From positions 192,001 to 256,000 of the IMG/VR virus record IMGVR_UViG_3300002092_001784: a stretch of DNA of 64,000 bases; one strand, 5' to 3'. Positions 20,143-32,500 of this stretch are shown here, piece after piece. The DNA is from a virus. Its lineage: Duplodnaviria; Caudoviricetes. Each line of letters starts with the position of its first letter. The first letter of the stretch is position 1. The notes under the pieces were generated by a model, which saw nothing but the letters and a program-made list of their open reading frames with translations, did not search any database and had not been told where the DNA came from. The translations under genes and the position numbers were made by a program.

Positions 20143-23100
20143 ATGGGACTAAAGAAGATTTTTCATATAGCAGATATACACATACGAAATGTAAATAGAC
20201 ACGCTGAATACAGACAAGTTTTTGAAAAGATATTTGACGAAATCCGTAAAAGAGGAACTGATGATTCAATCATATATTTGGGAGGTGATATAGTTCATGC
20301 TAAGTTGGATTTATCACCGGAAATAATCCGTGAAGTAAGTTGGTTATTTACAGAGTGTTCTAACTTATGTACAACTATTTTAATAGCAGGAAACCATGAT
20401 TGTAATATGAATAATATGGACAGGTTGGATGCACTTACTCCGATAGTAGATGCTCTAAATCTATCAAACTTTCATTATCTGCGTGATACTCAAGTTTACT
20501 CTATTGGTGGTGTTGATTTTGCAGTATTCAGTATTTTCGATAAAAGAATCAATTGGCCAAAACCGGCAGAAATGTTTGGTAATAAGAAGATTGCTTTATT
20601 TCACGGACCTATTGATGCATCCACAACTGATGTGGGGTATGTTGTAAGTAGTAGACATTTTAAGCCAGAGATATTTGATGGGTTTGATGCTGCGTTGCTA
20701 GGTGATATACATAAAAGACAGATGATTATTTCTGAAACTGATTGTAAGATTGTATATCCGGGTTCCCCTATTCAGCAAAATTTTGGTGAGAGTCTAAATG
20801 GGCATGGGTTTTTAGTTTGGGATTTGGATACATTTACCTATGAGGGAGTTGATATTCAAAATGACTATGGGTATTATACGTTGGATATTGATAATGGCGT
20901 TGTTCCTGATGTGGTGGATATACCAAAACACCCAAGGTTAAGAGTTAGATTATCTAACACTTCTGCATCAGATACAAAACGTATAGTTACTGAAATTAAA
21001 ATGAAGTATGGTGTGAATGATTTTACGATTGTTCGTACTGATTCATTTTCAAAGATGCGTTCTGGAAATCGTACTTCTAAGTTGGAATTTGATGATATAA
21101 CTAATATTACCTACCAAAATGCTCTTATCACAGATTATGTTCAGAGAATGTTACCGAACGCATCTGATTCTGATATTGCCGGATTGGAAACTATAAATAC
21201 GGACATCAATGGTAGAATTTCTATGGATGATTTTCATCGAAATATAAGTTGGAAACCGATTCGATTTGAATTTGAAAATATGTTTTCCTATGGTACTGGT
21301 AATGTTGTTAATTTTGATAAGATAAGTGGGTTGATGGGATTATTTGCACCAAATGCGCAAGGTAAATCTTCAATATTGGATGCTGTATCATTTTGTATAT
21401 TCGACAAATGTAGTAGAACATTCAGAGCATCATCTATTCTTAATAACCGTGCAACTTCTTTTTGGTGTGAATTGCAAGCAGAAATAAATGGAATTGAATA
21501 CCATATCCGTAGGGAAGCAAAAACTGTTAATAAAGGTAAGAATGTAAAGGTAGATGTTCAGTTTTGGAAAATGGAAGGTGGACAATCAGTATCATTAAAT
21601 GGAACAGAACGTAGGGATACCGATTCCATAATCGAACAGTATTTTGGTAGATATGAAGATTTTCTATTAACAGCATTATCCGTTCAAGGAAATAATGCAC
21701 TTTTCATTGATAAATCACAAACAGAACGAAAGGATTTGTTGGCTCAGTTTATGGGTCTTAATATTTTTGATAAATTATATGAAACTGCAAGTGAAGATGT
21801 GAAAGAAGTAAGCACTCTTATTAAGAATTTCAAAAGAACTGATTTTACAACAGAACTCGCTGAAAAACAAATTGAATTAAAAAAGAAAAAACAGGAGTTT
21901 GGAGAACTTGACTTAAAAATTAAAGAAAAGGAACTAAGTATTGGGGAACTAAATTCAGAAATAGTTGAACTTTCTAAAAATATTATACCGATTGATGATA
22001 ATTTGGATATTGATGAATTAACTAAGAAAAAGAAAGGTATTCAATCAGAACTTACAACTTTAACTGAAGCCAAATACACAAAAACTGAAAAATTAACCGA
22101 AACCAAACAGCAGATATTTGAAACAAGTGAAATTATAGAAAGTAAAAGTAAATTGAATGGTATTGATATAACTACTGCAAAACAACAATGGGACAGTTAT
22201 ACCGATAAAATAGTAGAAATTACACATAAGATAGAATTATTAGCACAATCTATAAGTTCTAATGTTGAAAAGTTATCTCATTTGGAAAAGCATGAATATG
22301 ATCCAAATTGTAAATTCTGTATGAATAATGTATTTGTAACAGATGCGATTGCTACTAAAGCTATTGTGGCTGAACAATATATTGAATTGGATGGGTTACG
22401 TTCGGCATCAAAATCATTCACAGATATTGCATATCCTTTTACCAATGCAAAGTCACAATGGAATGAGTGGTTAACATTAACTGAAACTAAAAAACGATTA
22501 TCTACTGTTAGGGACAAGATACAATCCGAGTTAAAGAATTGTGACACTAAAGAAGAATTATTATTGCATCAATTAAAATCGGTAAATGATGATATTGATA
22601 GATACAATGATAATGAAGAATCAATTATAACCAATAAAGGTTTGAATAAACAAATTTCTTTGATTAATGAATCACAGCGTGAGTTGGGAATTGAATTAAA
22701 TGATTTGAAAAAACAGTTATTGAGAATAACGGCTGACACCGGTTCTATTAAAACTTTTATTGATACTACAAAGGCTAAAATGAAAGAGGTAAAAGAATTG
22801 GAGATTAAAAATAGATTGTATACCTTTTATTTAGAGTCCGTCAAACGTGACGGTATTCCTTATGAATTGATTACCAAAGCATTGCCGGTTATAGAAGATG
22901 AAATAAACAACATCTTATCTCAGGTAGTTGATTTTCATATTGTGATGGATACGGATGGTAAAAACATAAACGCCAAAATAGTTTACGAAGATAATGAATG
23001 GGCTTTGGAAATGTGTAGTGGTATGGAAAAATTCATTAGTGGATTGGCAATCAGAGTTGCATTAATCAATATTTGTAATTTACCAAGACCTAACTTTTTG

Positions 23101-23286
23101 GTTATAGATGAAGGTTTTGGAACTTTGGATAGTGAAAACCTTTCATCGTTGTTTATGATGATGCAATATTTGAAAACACAATTTGATTTTATTTGGGTAA
23201 TATCGCATTTGGATCAGATGCGTGATATTGTTGATGGTTTAATAGAAATTAAAAAGATTAACGGATACAGTAATATTAAATTTTAA
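20143..23286 (+). CDS. Fused Mre11/SbcD nuclease and Rad50/SbcC ATPase (gp47-gp46 fusion)
   Basis: HIADIH, AGNHD, LFHG, LGDIH phosphoesterase motifs; APNAQGKSS Walker A, CKFC zinc hook, CSGMEK signature, LVIDEG Walker B, ISH H-loop. Start ATG 20143 or TTG 20140. Confidence 0.88.
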   Translation: MGLKKIFHIADIHIRNVNRHAEYRQVFEKIFDEIRKRGTDDSIIYLGGDIVHAKLDLSPEIIREVSWLFTECSNLCTTILIAGNHDCNMNNMDRLDALTPIVDALNLSNFHYLRDTQVYSIGGVDFAVFSIFDKRINWPKPAEMFGNKKIALFHGPIDASTTDVGYVVSSRHFKPEIFDGFDAALLGDIHKRQMIISETDCKIVYPGSPIQQNFGESLNGHGFLVWDLDTFTYEGVDIQNDYGYYTLDIDNGVVPDVVDIPKHPRLRVRLSNTSASDTKRIVTEIKMKYGVNDFTIVRTDSFSKMRSGNRTSKLEFDDITNITYQNALITDYVQRMLPNASDSDIAGLETINTDINGRISMDDFHRNISWKPIRFEFENMFSYGTGNVVNFDKISGLMGLFAPNAQGKSSILDAVSFCIFDKCSRTFRASSILNNRATSFWCELQAEINGIEYHIRREAKTVNKGKNVKVDVQFWKMEGGQSVSLNGTERRDTDSIIEQYFGRYEDFLLTALSVQGNNALFIDKSQTERKDLLAQFMGLNIFDKLYETASEDVKEVSTLIKNFKRTDFTTELAEKQIELKKKKQEFGELDLKIKEKELSIGELNSEIVELSKNIIPIDDNLDIDELTKKKKGIQSELTTLTEAKYTKTEKLTETKQQIFETSEIIESKSKLNGIDITTAKQQWDSYTDKIVEITHKIELLAQSISSNVEKLSHLEKHEYDPNCKFCMNNVFVTDAIATKAIVAEQYIELDGLRSASKSFTDIAYPFTNAKSQWNEWLTLTETKKRLSTVRDKIQSELKNCDTKEELLLHQLKSVNDDIDRYNDNEESIITNKGLNKQISLINESQRELGIELNDLKKQLLRITADTGSIKTFIDTTKAKMKEVKELEIKNRLYTFYLESVKRDGIPYELITKALPVIEDEINNILSQVVDFHIVMDTDGKNINAKIVYEDNEWALEMCSGMEKFISGLAIRVALINICNLPRPNFLVIDEGFGTLDSENLSSLFMMMQYLKTQFDFIWVISHLDQMRDIVDGLIEIKKINGYSNIKF

Positions 23287-23444
23287 GAACCAACTTTCAA
23301 AACATTAGTAGGCATTTTTGTAGTTATAGATTGTTTAACAATTTTAGCTACGAAAGTGCTTATTTTTATGTCATGCTCTATACAATACAATTTCAATTCT
23401 TTATATAACTCGGTTTCTATCTGTATTGTGTTGTATTTTTTCAT
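23283..23444 (-). CDS. Small ribbon-helix-helix-like DNA-binding protein, 53 aa (absent from ORF track)
   Basis: Manual translation MKKYNTIQIETELYKELKLYCIEHDIKISTFVAKIVKQSITTKMPTNVLKVGS: alternating strand TIQI then two helices; fills an otherwise empty gap; stop overlaps the SbcDC stop. Confidence 0.6.
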   Translation of the reverse strand: MKKYNTIQIETELYKELKLYCIEHDIKISTFVAKIVKQSITTKMPTNVLKVGS

Positions 23445-23500
23445 AAAATATATATTCAATGAGTTTATATAGAATATATATTATAATTTCCATTTTTTGA

Positions 23501-23513
23501 ATATTTATAAATA
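23501..23513. promoter_or_regulatory. Palindromic (bidirectional) late-promoter motif
   Basis: TATTTATAAATA at 23502-23513 is its own reverse complement, between divergent genes. Confidence 0.55.
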
Positions 23514-23535
23514 ATCAATCGTAATATTCACAATA

Positions 23536-26500
23536 ATGGCAAGAATTAAGAAGTATTCACCAAACATAGACCCTCATCTAACAAACTATGCTACATTTAT
23601 AGTAGATACAAACCCAAATTCGGATTACTTTAAGATTACCGAATTTAAGGAGGCGTTTACTGGTGGAAAGAACGGATTTTTAATTGAAGGTTCGGAACAT
23701 CTATTAGAAACTACTGAAATCAAAATTGAAATTTTAGATGTAGATGGTAATCCTATATACTATGAACCTGGGCAAGGTGTTCCGGAATATTACGAAGGGT
23801 TATCCAAAGTTGTTGCCGTTTATATTTACGAAGATACTCCAATTGGGACAGCCAAAATAACAATACTTGGTGAATTAAAAACGTACAACACTAATGGTGT
23901 AGTACAAACAATTCCAGCCGAATGGCAAAATCTATACAATGTAAAATGGGAAAAAACATTCAAAGTAAATCGTTTACTTTCAAACGAAGATAAAGTACGA
24001 TTCTATAAAAGACCTCAAGTACAAATTGAAGAACTTGTAAAACCGTTATATTCAACAACCTTAAATCAAATAACTCAAAATGGCATTGTTAATGGGACGC
24101 CGTTATCGCCGGTAGAAGGACAAGATTTAACCAATTACAAATTGGCAACCTTTTACAGATTGACAGCTACGGATACTACGGCTTGGACTGGCTCAATCGT
24201 TGGTACTTCATTATCATTCCCTGATATAAATTATTATCCATTAGCAGATGAGGTTATAAATACAAATGAGTTAATTGTCAGTACACCATACACCTCGGGT
24301 TCAATCGTACAATCATTTGTATCACAGAGTTATACAGCATCATTCAGTTTATTAAGTGGTATTAGTGCAAGTACTGTAACTGGTTCATTTGCTAAAATGA
24401 CAATAAGTGATTTAACTACATTTGTTGGTGATGTTGCACGGGTAAAAGTATTTAGATTATCCGCATCTGATGTGGGAGACTATCAATTTGTACAAGAGGT
24501 AGTATTAGAATCAAATGAGTTACTTGTTGATTTGAATACAACAAATTCATTGCAGGAATATTATGGGATATTTACACAACCTATATTAGAAACGTATTGG
24601 GTAACCTCATCAAATAATTTGGTAACTACATTCGATCAAAGTTATCTTTATGATTCGGCAAGATTCAATGGGACCGATATACCTAACTATTTTTATACAG
24701 TTGATACCATACCTATTACGGCTGGTGTTGAATACACATTAGATTTTAATGTAAGATTATCTCAAAATGTTTCATCAAGTTATTATATATCCGCATTTTT
24801 AAGCGGTTCTCGTCAAACTACTGTAAATGGTATTCCAACCACAATTCAGATAAACCAACCGATAGCAACCATAAACTCATCGGATAGTTTACTTCAGAAA
24901 AGTACAAGTACAAGCAATATAAATGCGGAAAGCATTGATAATGCAAAATTGTATTTTGAAATAGTTGGTAGTGGGTGGTATATAGCTAATGTTAGTTTTA
25001 AGGCATCCCAAGAAACAGCATTTTCGCCTGATGTGATAAGTTTTATCCAATCCGTACCAAGAAGTTTACCAACTGAAACTTTTAATTATCGTTTTGAGTT
25101 TTACGATATAAATAACAATTATATCCCTGTTAAAGTAGAAGCATCAAAAACTTTTACCGGTGGTAATCAGCAGGCGTTAACAAAAACATTACGGTTACTA
25201 CCAAATAATTTATATTTCCAATTCGATTCGGCATCAAAGGCAGTTCCACCGACTACAATTAACTTTAACATACAATCAACCGGTATTACCAGCTCTTTCA
25301 ATTATACATCTCGATCATTTGATATATCGGGATTTCCGGTATCACAATCATTGTATATCGGAGGACAGTATCCGGGATTATTACAATTTGATAGTTCATC
25401 GAACGCATACCTAACCGTAGGTAATTTTACGGGATCGAATCCAGCCGTCAGTGTACAGTATATTGAATATACGGTAGAATCCGAAGGTGTGACAGATAGT
25501 ACTGTAATTACTAAAATGGTTTCGGGTGCATCTGGTCTTCCGGGTGCAGATGGTGCGCCTGCTGTAACATATACGATTAGACCATATAATGGAACGGCAA
25601 TTAGAAATAGTAGTACTGCAAGTTTAGAAGTACAGGCAGTAAAAACAATCGGTTCTGCTGATATTCTATTAAGTAGTACTGCGATTGATAATGCTGGAAT
25701 TGTTAAATTACACGTATTATCTGGCTCAAAATATATTCCATTAGATAGTGCATCTGCGGCGGGTTATGTTGTGGGGTTAAAAACGGGTTCTATTGGAACG
25801 CATGAAATAAATTACAATCCAATATTTTACAGAGAATCAATTACAAATGAGATAGTTTTGTATCTTATGCCTGCTTCGGCAAATCCATTACCTTCTCAAA
25901 TTTATACATCATTAACACTTCAAGACCTGCAAGATGGATTGAATCCCGGTTCTTTATCCACAACGGGAGATATGCTTACGAGTGATTATACGGTATCAAC
26001 TGTATTTTCCCCAACAAAGGGTGCAGCAACTGCATCTTTCTTTCTGAGAGGAACTACAACCAATCCAATAGTGGCATGTGTGGATGTATATCCATCTATG
26101 TCATATGATAGTAACTTTTTACCGAGATATTGGTTATATTATACAACAGGAAGTGTGAATCCTACTATTTCCGTTCAAGCGGTGGACGATAATAAAAATA
26201 TTGTTCAAATGGGTGCACTGGGATCATATACTGCTGATTTGGCAAAACAAAGTAAAAATATATCATTTACATTTACTTATACAGAACCATATACACAGGC
26301 AACAGCAACCGCTAATAAAACATTTACAATCGTACCATCGGCAAGAGCGGGATACGATGCAGTTTCATTTGAATTAACACCACCAACCATTGTGTTAAAT
26401 GCGGACGCGAAAGGTAATATATTGGATTATTCGCCTACTATTACAGATTTGAGAGTAAAGCAAGGTGTTAATTACCTAACATTTACAGGTTCTGGCGCAG

Positions 26501-29500
26501 GGGGGACATTTTATACATCAAGTGCAATCACTTCGGTTAACATAACTAAAGGTACACTATCATCATCTACCGCATCTTTACATTTGGGAGTGGCATCTAA
26601 TTCTACAAAATTAAGTGGTAGTATAACATATCCGATAACATATCATCCATTCTTTACACAATCATCGTACACTACTACAATTACACAACCAATTAGTACG
26701 GTATTGGCAGGTGCGCCACCTATTAATATTATAGTATCGCCATCCGCATATAATTTTACTGGAGATCAAAATGGTGTTATTAATAATTATACGGGCTCAA
26801 ACACTAAAATACAAATACAAGAAGGTACTGATTATTTAGTATATACCACAACTCCTGGGCCGGGAACATTTCAACTAAGTTCTGCCACATTTAATAATAT
26901 TACAGCATCTTCTATTGTGGGAAGTGGTAACACTGTAAATGTAACGGGATTTTCAAATATGAATCCGTTAATAACAACCGCAAGTGTTAATTACAATTTT
27001 GTGGTACATCCATATTCGATATACCCCGGATATTCGATTGGTACATCTTCATTGAGTACAACTCAAATATTTACTCGTGTTAATGCAGGTCCTACTGGTA
27101 GTTCGGGAACGTCTGGAGCCGATCCTGTTGTAATTACTATTAATCCAACTACGGTAGTATTAGGTGCAGACCCGATGGGTGTTGTAACTGGTTCTGGGTA
27201 TTTGCCAACGGTAACTGATATTACATTGATGCAGGGAACTCGTTATCTTGCATTTACATCATCTAAACAAACCGGTTCGTTTTATACTTCTAGCGCAATT
27301 GTTGGGGCAGGTATCACCGTAGGACAATTATCGGGTTCATATACGGCTTCACTACATTTGGGTACGGCATCGTTAATGGTTACCGGTAGTTCACTTACGG
27401 CAAGTATTACATATCCTTTGGTAATTTATCCATATAATTCATCATCATATACAACAACTGTAACTCAACAAATTACAAAAGCCGTACAAGGTGGGTATCC
27501 AATAACTGTAAATCTTAATCCTACTGCCGTTTCACTTCCTGCTGATTATACTGGACATATAACAGATTATACACCGGCAAATACTCAAATAACCGTAACT
27601 GAAGGGCCTCACTCATCAGTATTTACTGCAAGTGGAGCACCCGGTACTTTCCAAATGTTGGCGGCAATAGCAGATGGGTGGTCATCGTATCCAAGTCCTG
27701 CTGTTGGTGATAATACACTTACTGCAAGTTATAGTGGCTCTACGGCAACTGGAAATTGGGTAATGGCTGATAATATTGATGCAGCATCTATAAATTATCT
27801 TATGTTGGTGTATCCATATTCATTAACATCATATGCCACTCTTGTATCAAAAACTCAAACATTTAGTAAGAGTAAGGCCGGTGCAGCCGGTGTGTCTGGT
27901 ACGAGTGGAAATTCTGCAAAAACATTAATGTTGAGTGCTACTTCTCAGATATTTACAAAATCTAAGACGGGTACGATTTCACCATCAGCAATTGGATTTA
28001 CAGCTAAAAAACAAAATTTAACAGGCACAACTACATTTCAATCAAATCCTAGTGGATTACTATCATCGATTGTGGGTGATACTGCTGTTTTAACTTCTAC
28101 CGATTTTGGATCAAATACATCGGTTGCAATAACCGCATCCGTAGTTGATGGCGCAACTACTTATTATGATTATATGACGGTTGCTTTGGTTTCTGATGGT
28201 GGTAACGCACTTACTGCGGTTTTATCAAATGAGGCAGTAGGTATTCCGGCGGATTATTCTGGTAATGTTTTAAGTTATAATGGATCGGGTACTGTTATTT
28301 ATTTATATGAAGGATCAACTCAATTAGATTATACGGCATCAAACTCGTTTAATAATGGTAGTTGGACGGTAAGTGCAGCATCGGTTGGAATTAATGATGC
28401 AGTTATAACCGATACGGGAACAACTGCTACCGTTTCCGATTATACGCAAATGGGATATGGTATTAACAACGCAACTGTAACTTTTACGATTACCGGTAGA
28501 ACTCAAAATGGTTCATTATTTTCAGCATTAAGTAAAACTCAAGTTATAACAAAAGTATTACAAGGAATTTCTGCTAAGAATTTATCAATAAATGCTTCTT
28601 CGTTTACATTTAGTAGTAATGCAGTTGGTGCAGTTACACCGACATCAATTTTGTTTTCAGCAACTAAACAAAATATAACAGCACCTGTAACATATACATC
28701 CGTGCCATCGGCAACTTTTACAAATTTGGTAAATGATACGGCTACATTAACTTATAGTAATTTTAGTTCAGCAGTTGGTTCTGCTACATCATTGATTGTT
28801 ACTGCCTCTTGTACGGATGGGGCTGTTACCTATTATGATTACACAACAATTAGTTTGATAAAGGATGGTACGAATACATTAACACCTGTATTATCAAACG
28901 AAGCAGTGGCAATACCCGTTGATTCTAGTGGTAATGTTATTAGTTACGCTGGTACTGGAACTCAACTTTATGTATATCAGGGTACAACTCCATTAAATTA
29001 TGTACTACAATTTCCAACGGCATCGGGGTATTGGACAGCAGTACCGATTGGAACTAATATTATAGTATCATCGGGAGTATCAGGCGATATTTCCGCAAGT
29101 TATGCGGATTATAGTGGATTAACCGTAGGTGCTACTGGGGCTACTGTTAATTTTATTATTTCTGGGACAGGATTGAACGGAAGCAGTTTCAGTGGGTTAT
29201 CAAAACTACAAACAATCGCAACTGTAAAATCAGGAACAAGCGGTACGGCAGGTAGTAGTGGTACAGCAGGTAGTAGTGGTACAGCAGGTAGTAGTGGTAC
29301 AGCAGGTTTATCGGGTAGGGTTTTAAGATTAACAACACCATCGCAAGTGTTTACCAAATTAAAGACCGGTGTAATTACACCAACTTCTATATCACTAACT
29401 GCCATTCCACAAAATATAGTAGGTACATCTGCATATGCCACATTCTATTCATCATCGGTAGTACCTGCTGGACCAATGAGTGTTGTAGGAAATGTAGCAA

Positions 29501-32500
29501 CAATTACTTCTGCAAACTTCACAGGAAGTTCTGGTACAAACGCATCTATGATTGTTACGGCATCTATGTACGATACCACAACTTTAACTACCTATTCGGA
29601 TTATATGACCGTTGCTTTGGTTACGGAAGGTAGTGATGCTATTACAGCAGTACTTTCAAACGAAGCAGTTGCATTTGCATCCGATATAAACGGTACTATT
29701 TCTCCTGCAAATTATGCTGGCAGTGGTACGAAAATATATGTATATCAGGGAGCAACTCAATTAGATTATACCGGCTCATCACCTACTGCAAGTTCATGGA
29801 CTACGGTAGCTACTGTAAATGGTATAAATTCGCCAGTTATCACCGATGGTGGAACTTTTGCGGTTATAGCTGATTATACATCTATGACTTCTGATGCAGC
29901 AAGCGCTTCATTTGCAATAACCGGTTACGGACAAAATGGAAGTAGTTTCTCACCAATTACAAAAATTCAATCTTTTGTAAAGGCAAAATCGGGAACGAAT
30001 GGTACGGCAGGTAGTAGTGGTACTGCTGGTTTATCGGGTAGAGTTTTAAGATTGGCATCCCCATCCCAAGTCTTTACCAAATTAAAGACCGGTGCAATTA
30101 CACCAACCTCAATAACATTAACTGCTAATACACAAAACATAGCAGGTACAAATAGTCCTTCGGGTTTGGCGGGAAAGACTCTGACATTGACGTCTGGAAC
30201 AGTACCTCAGATATTTACTAAAACGGGTACAACACTTTCACCAACACAAATGGTTCTCACCGCAAATCCGCAAAATATAGTAAGTGCGTCTGGTACTTTT
30301 GTAACATTCACAACTTCATCGGTTGGTTCGGCTGGGCCGTTAACTATTGTAGGAAACGTAGCAACACTACCATCGGCATCAATGGGGGCTAATACATATA
30401 TGGGTATTACTGCTTCAATGTATGATATTACAACGGGCGCAACTTATTCGGATTACATAACAGTGCCTGTTGTTGTCAGTAGTGCTACTACAATTACACC
30501 AGTACTTACAAATGAATACCATTTAGTTCCTGTTGATAATAATGGTGGTGTTATAAGTTTGGCAGGTAGTGGTACATCAATATATGTGTATCAGGGTGCA
30601 ACGGCATTAACATATGTTACGGGCCCAACCACTGCAAATGGACAATGGACTATGACAGCAGTTGCAAACGGTGTATCTTCACCCGTTATTGGTGGAAGTG
30701 GTACTACTTTCGCTACAATTGGTCAGTATTCATCAATGACAGCAAATACCGCTACTGTTACCTTTACAATATCAGGAAAACAATCTGGAGGTACAGCATT
30801 TGGTCCGATTACAAAAACACAAACACTTCTACAAGTAAAATCGGATATATCGGATGTTGCCACATTCACATTTTCTTCAATTACACCTGCCGGTCCGTTG
30901 AATATTATTGGAAACAATGCAACAATTACTTCCGCAAATTTCACAGGAAGTGCCGGTAATAATACTGCTATGGTTGTGACTGCTTCAATTTATGATACGG
31001 CTACCAATTCCAACTATTACGATTATATGACCGTTGCTTTGGTTAATGAAGGTACAGATGGTATTACGGCAGTACTTTCAAACGAAGCACAAACATTCGC
31101 ATCTGATATAAACGGTAATGTACTTGCCTCTAGTTTTGTTGGGAGTGGTACGAACATTTATGTATATCAGGGAGCAACACAGTTACAATATACTGGTTCA
31201 TCACCTACCGCAAGTTCATGGACTGTAGTAGCTACTCCAACCGGCATGAGTACTCCATCGATTACAGATGGTGGAACTTTTGCGGTTGTGGCTGATTATA
31301 CATCTATGACATCAACAGCAGATTCTGCTAGTGTTTCATTTGCAATAACCGGATATGGTCAGAATGGAAGTAGTTTTTCACCGATTACAAAAATACAATC
31401 ATTTACAAAAGCAAGGTCTGGTACGAACGGAACGGCAGGAACAGCAGGAACGGCAGGTGCAAATGCAGTTGTTATAACGATGACACCACCTGCACAAAGT
31501 GTACCATACAGTAGTAGTTATGGTACTCCAGTCACAGTACAAGTATCAGTTGTGGAAAACGGAACGGCATATACACCAACTACTGCAAATCCACTAACTG
31601 TAAATTCAACATATAGAATTACCGCAGTAAGTGGGTGTACTGTTAATGCGGTAACTGGTGTAGTAACACCAACAACACCATCTGCATTGACAGGAACTAC
31701 TGCTGTTTTTTCTGTTCAATACAGAGATAGTAAAGGTATTATTTCCGGAACAATTAACCAAACACATATTGTTACCGTAGTTCCTAGTGGTGATCCGGGA
31801 CCGGGTGTTGTTTATAGGGGTGCATATGTATCTACGGTTGTATATTATTACACACCGACCCGTAGAGATGTTGTTTCATATGGTGGGGTATATTATTTGG
31901 CAAATAATACAGCTAAAAGTGGTACTAACGGTTGGGCAACTCCAACTGGTACGGGTGATTGGGCTAATTTTGGTGCAACGTTTACATCTGTTGCTACTGA
32001 TATTCTTTTTGCACAAGATGTATATGCAAATCGAACAATTAATATTGGGGCAAGTGGTGCAACTCCAGTAATTGCATTAAATTCCGATAATGCTGGTGCT
32101 GGCGCAAACCCATCTATTAGAATTAGTAATAGCGGATACAATACAACTGGGATTTTCATAGGATATGATTTAACTGTTCCAAAGTTATCATTAAAGAGTG
32201 CTGGTGGTAGCTACTTAACATGGGATAATTCTTCTTTAACCATAAGTGGTAGTATAACTGCTACAAATGGTACGGTTGGGGGTTGGACAATTGGTTCAAC
32301 TGCATTACAATCACCGGCCGTAAGTCCTAAAGCAGTACTAACCGCAGGTTCTACACCATCATTATCATTAGGACAATCAACTATTGGATATGGTAATGTT
32401 GGTGTGTTTTTAGGTTATACTGGAACTATTGCACAATTATCATTATCTGGTTCAACTGGAGGATTGACATGGGATGGTACATCATTAGCTATCACTGGGA

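Noticed and set aside
29242-29307. CRISPR-like array
   Set aside because: Contiguous in-frame repeats without spacers, inside the fibre gene; no cas genes.
28200-31100. LSNE motifs in the tail fibre as prohead-protease sites
   Set aside because: They lie inside conserved structural modules of an external protein; this shows the short motif alone is not diagnostic.
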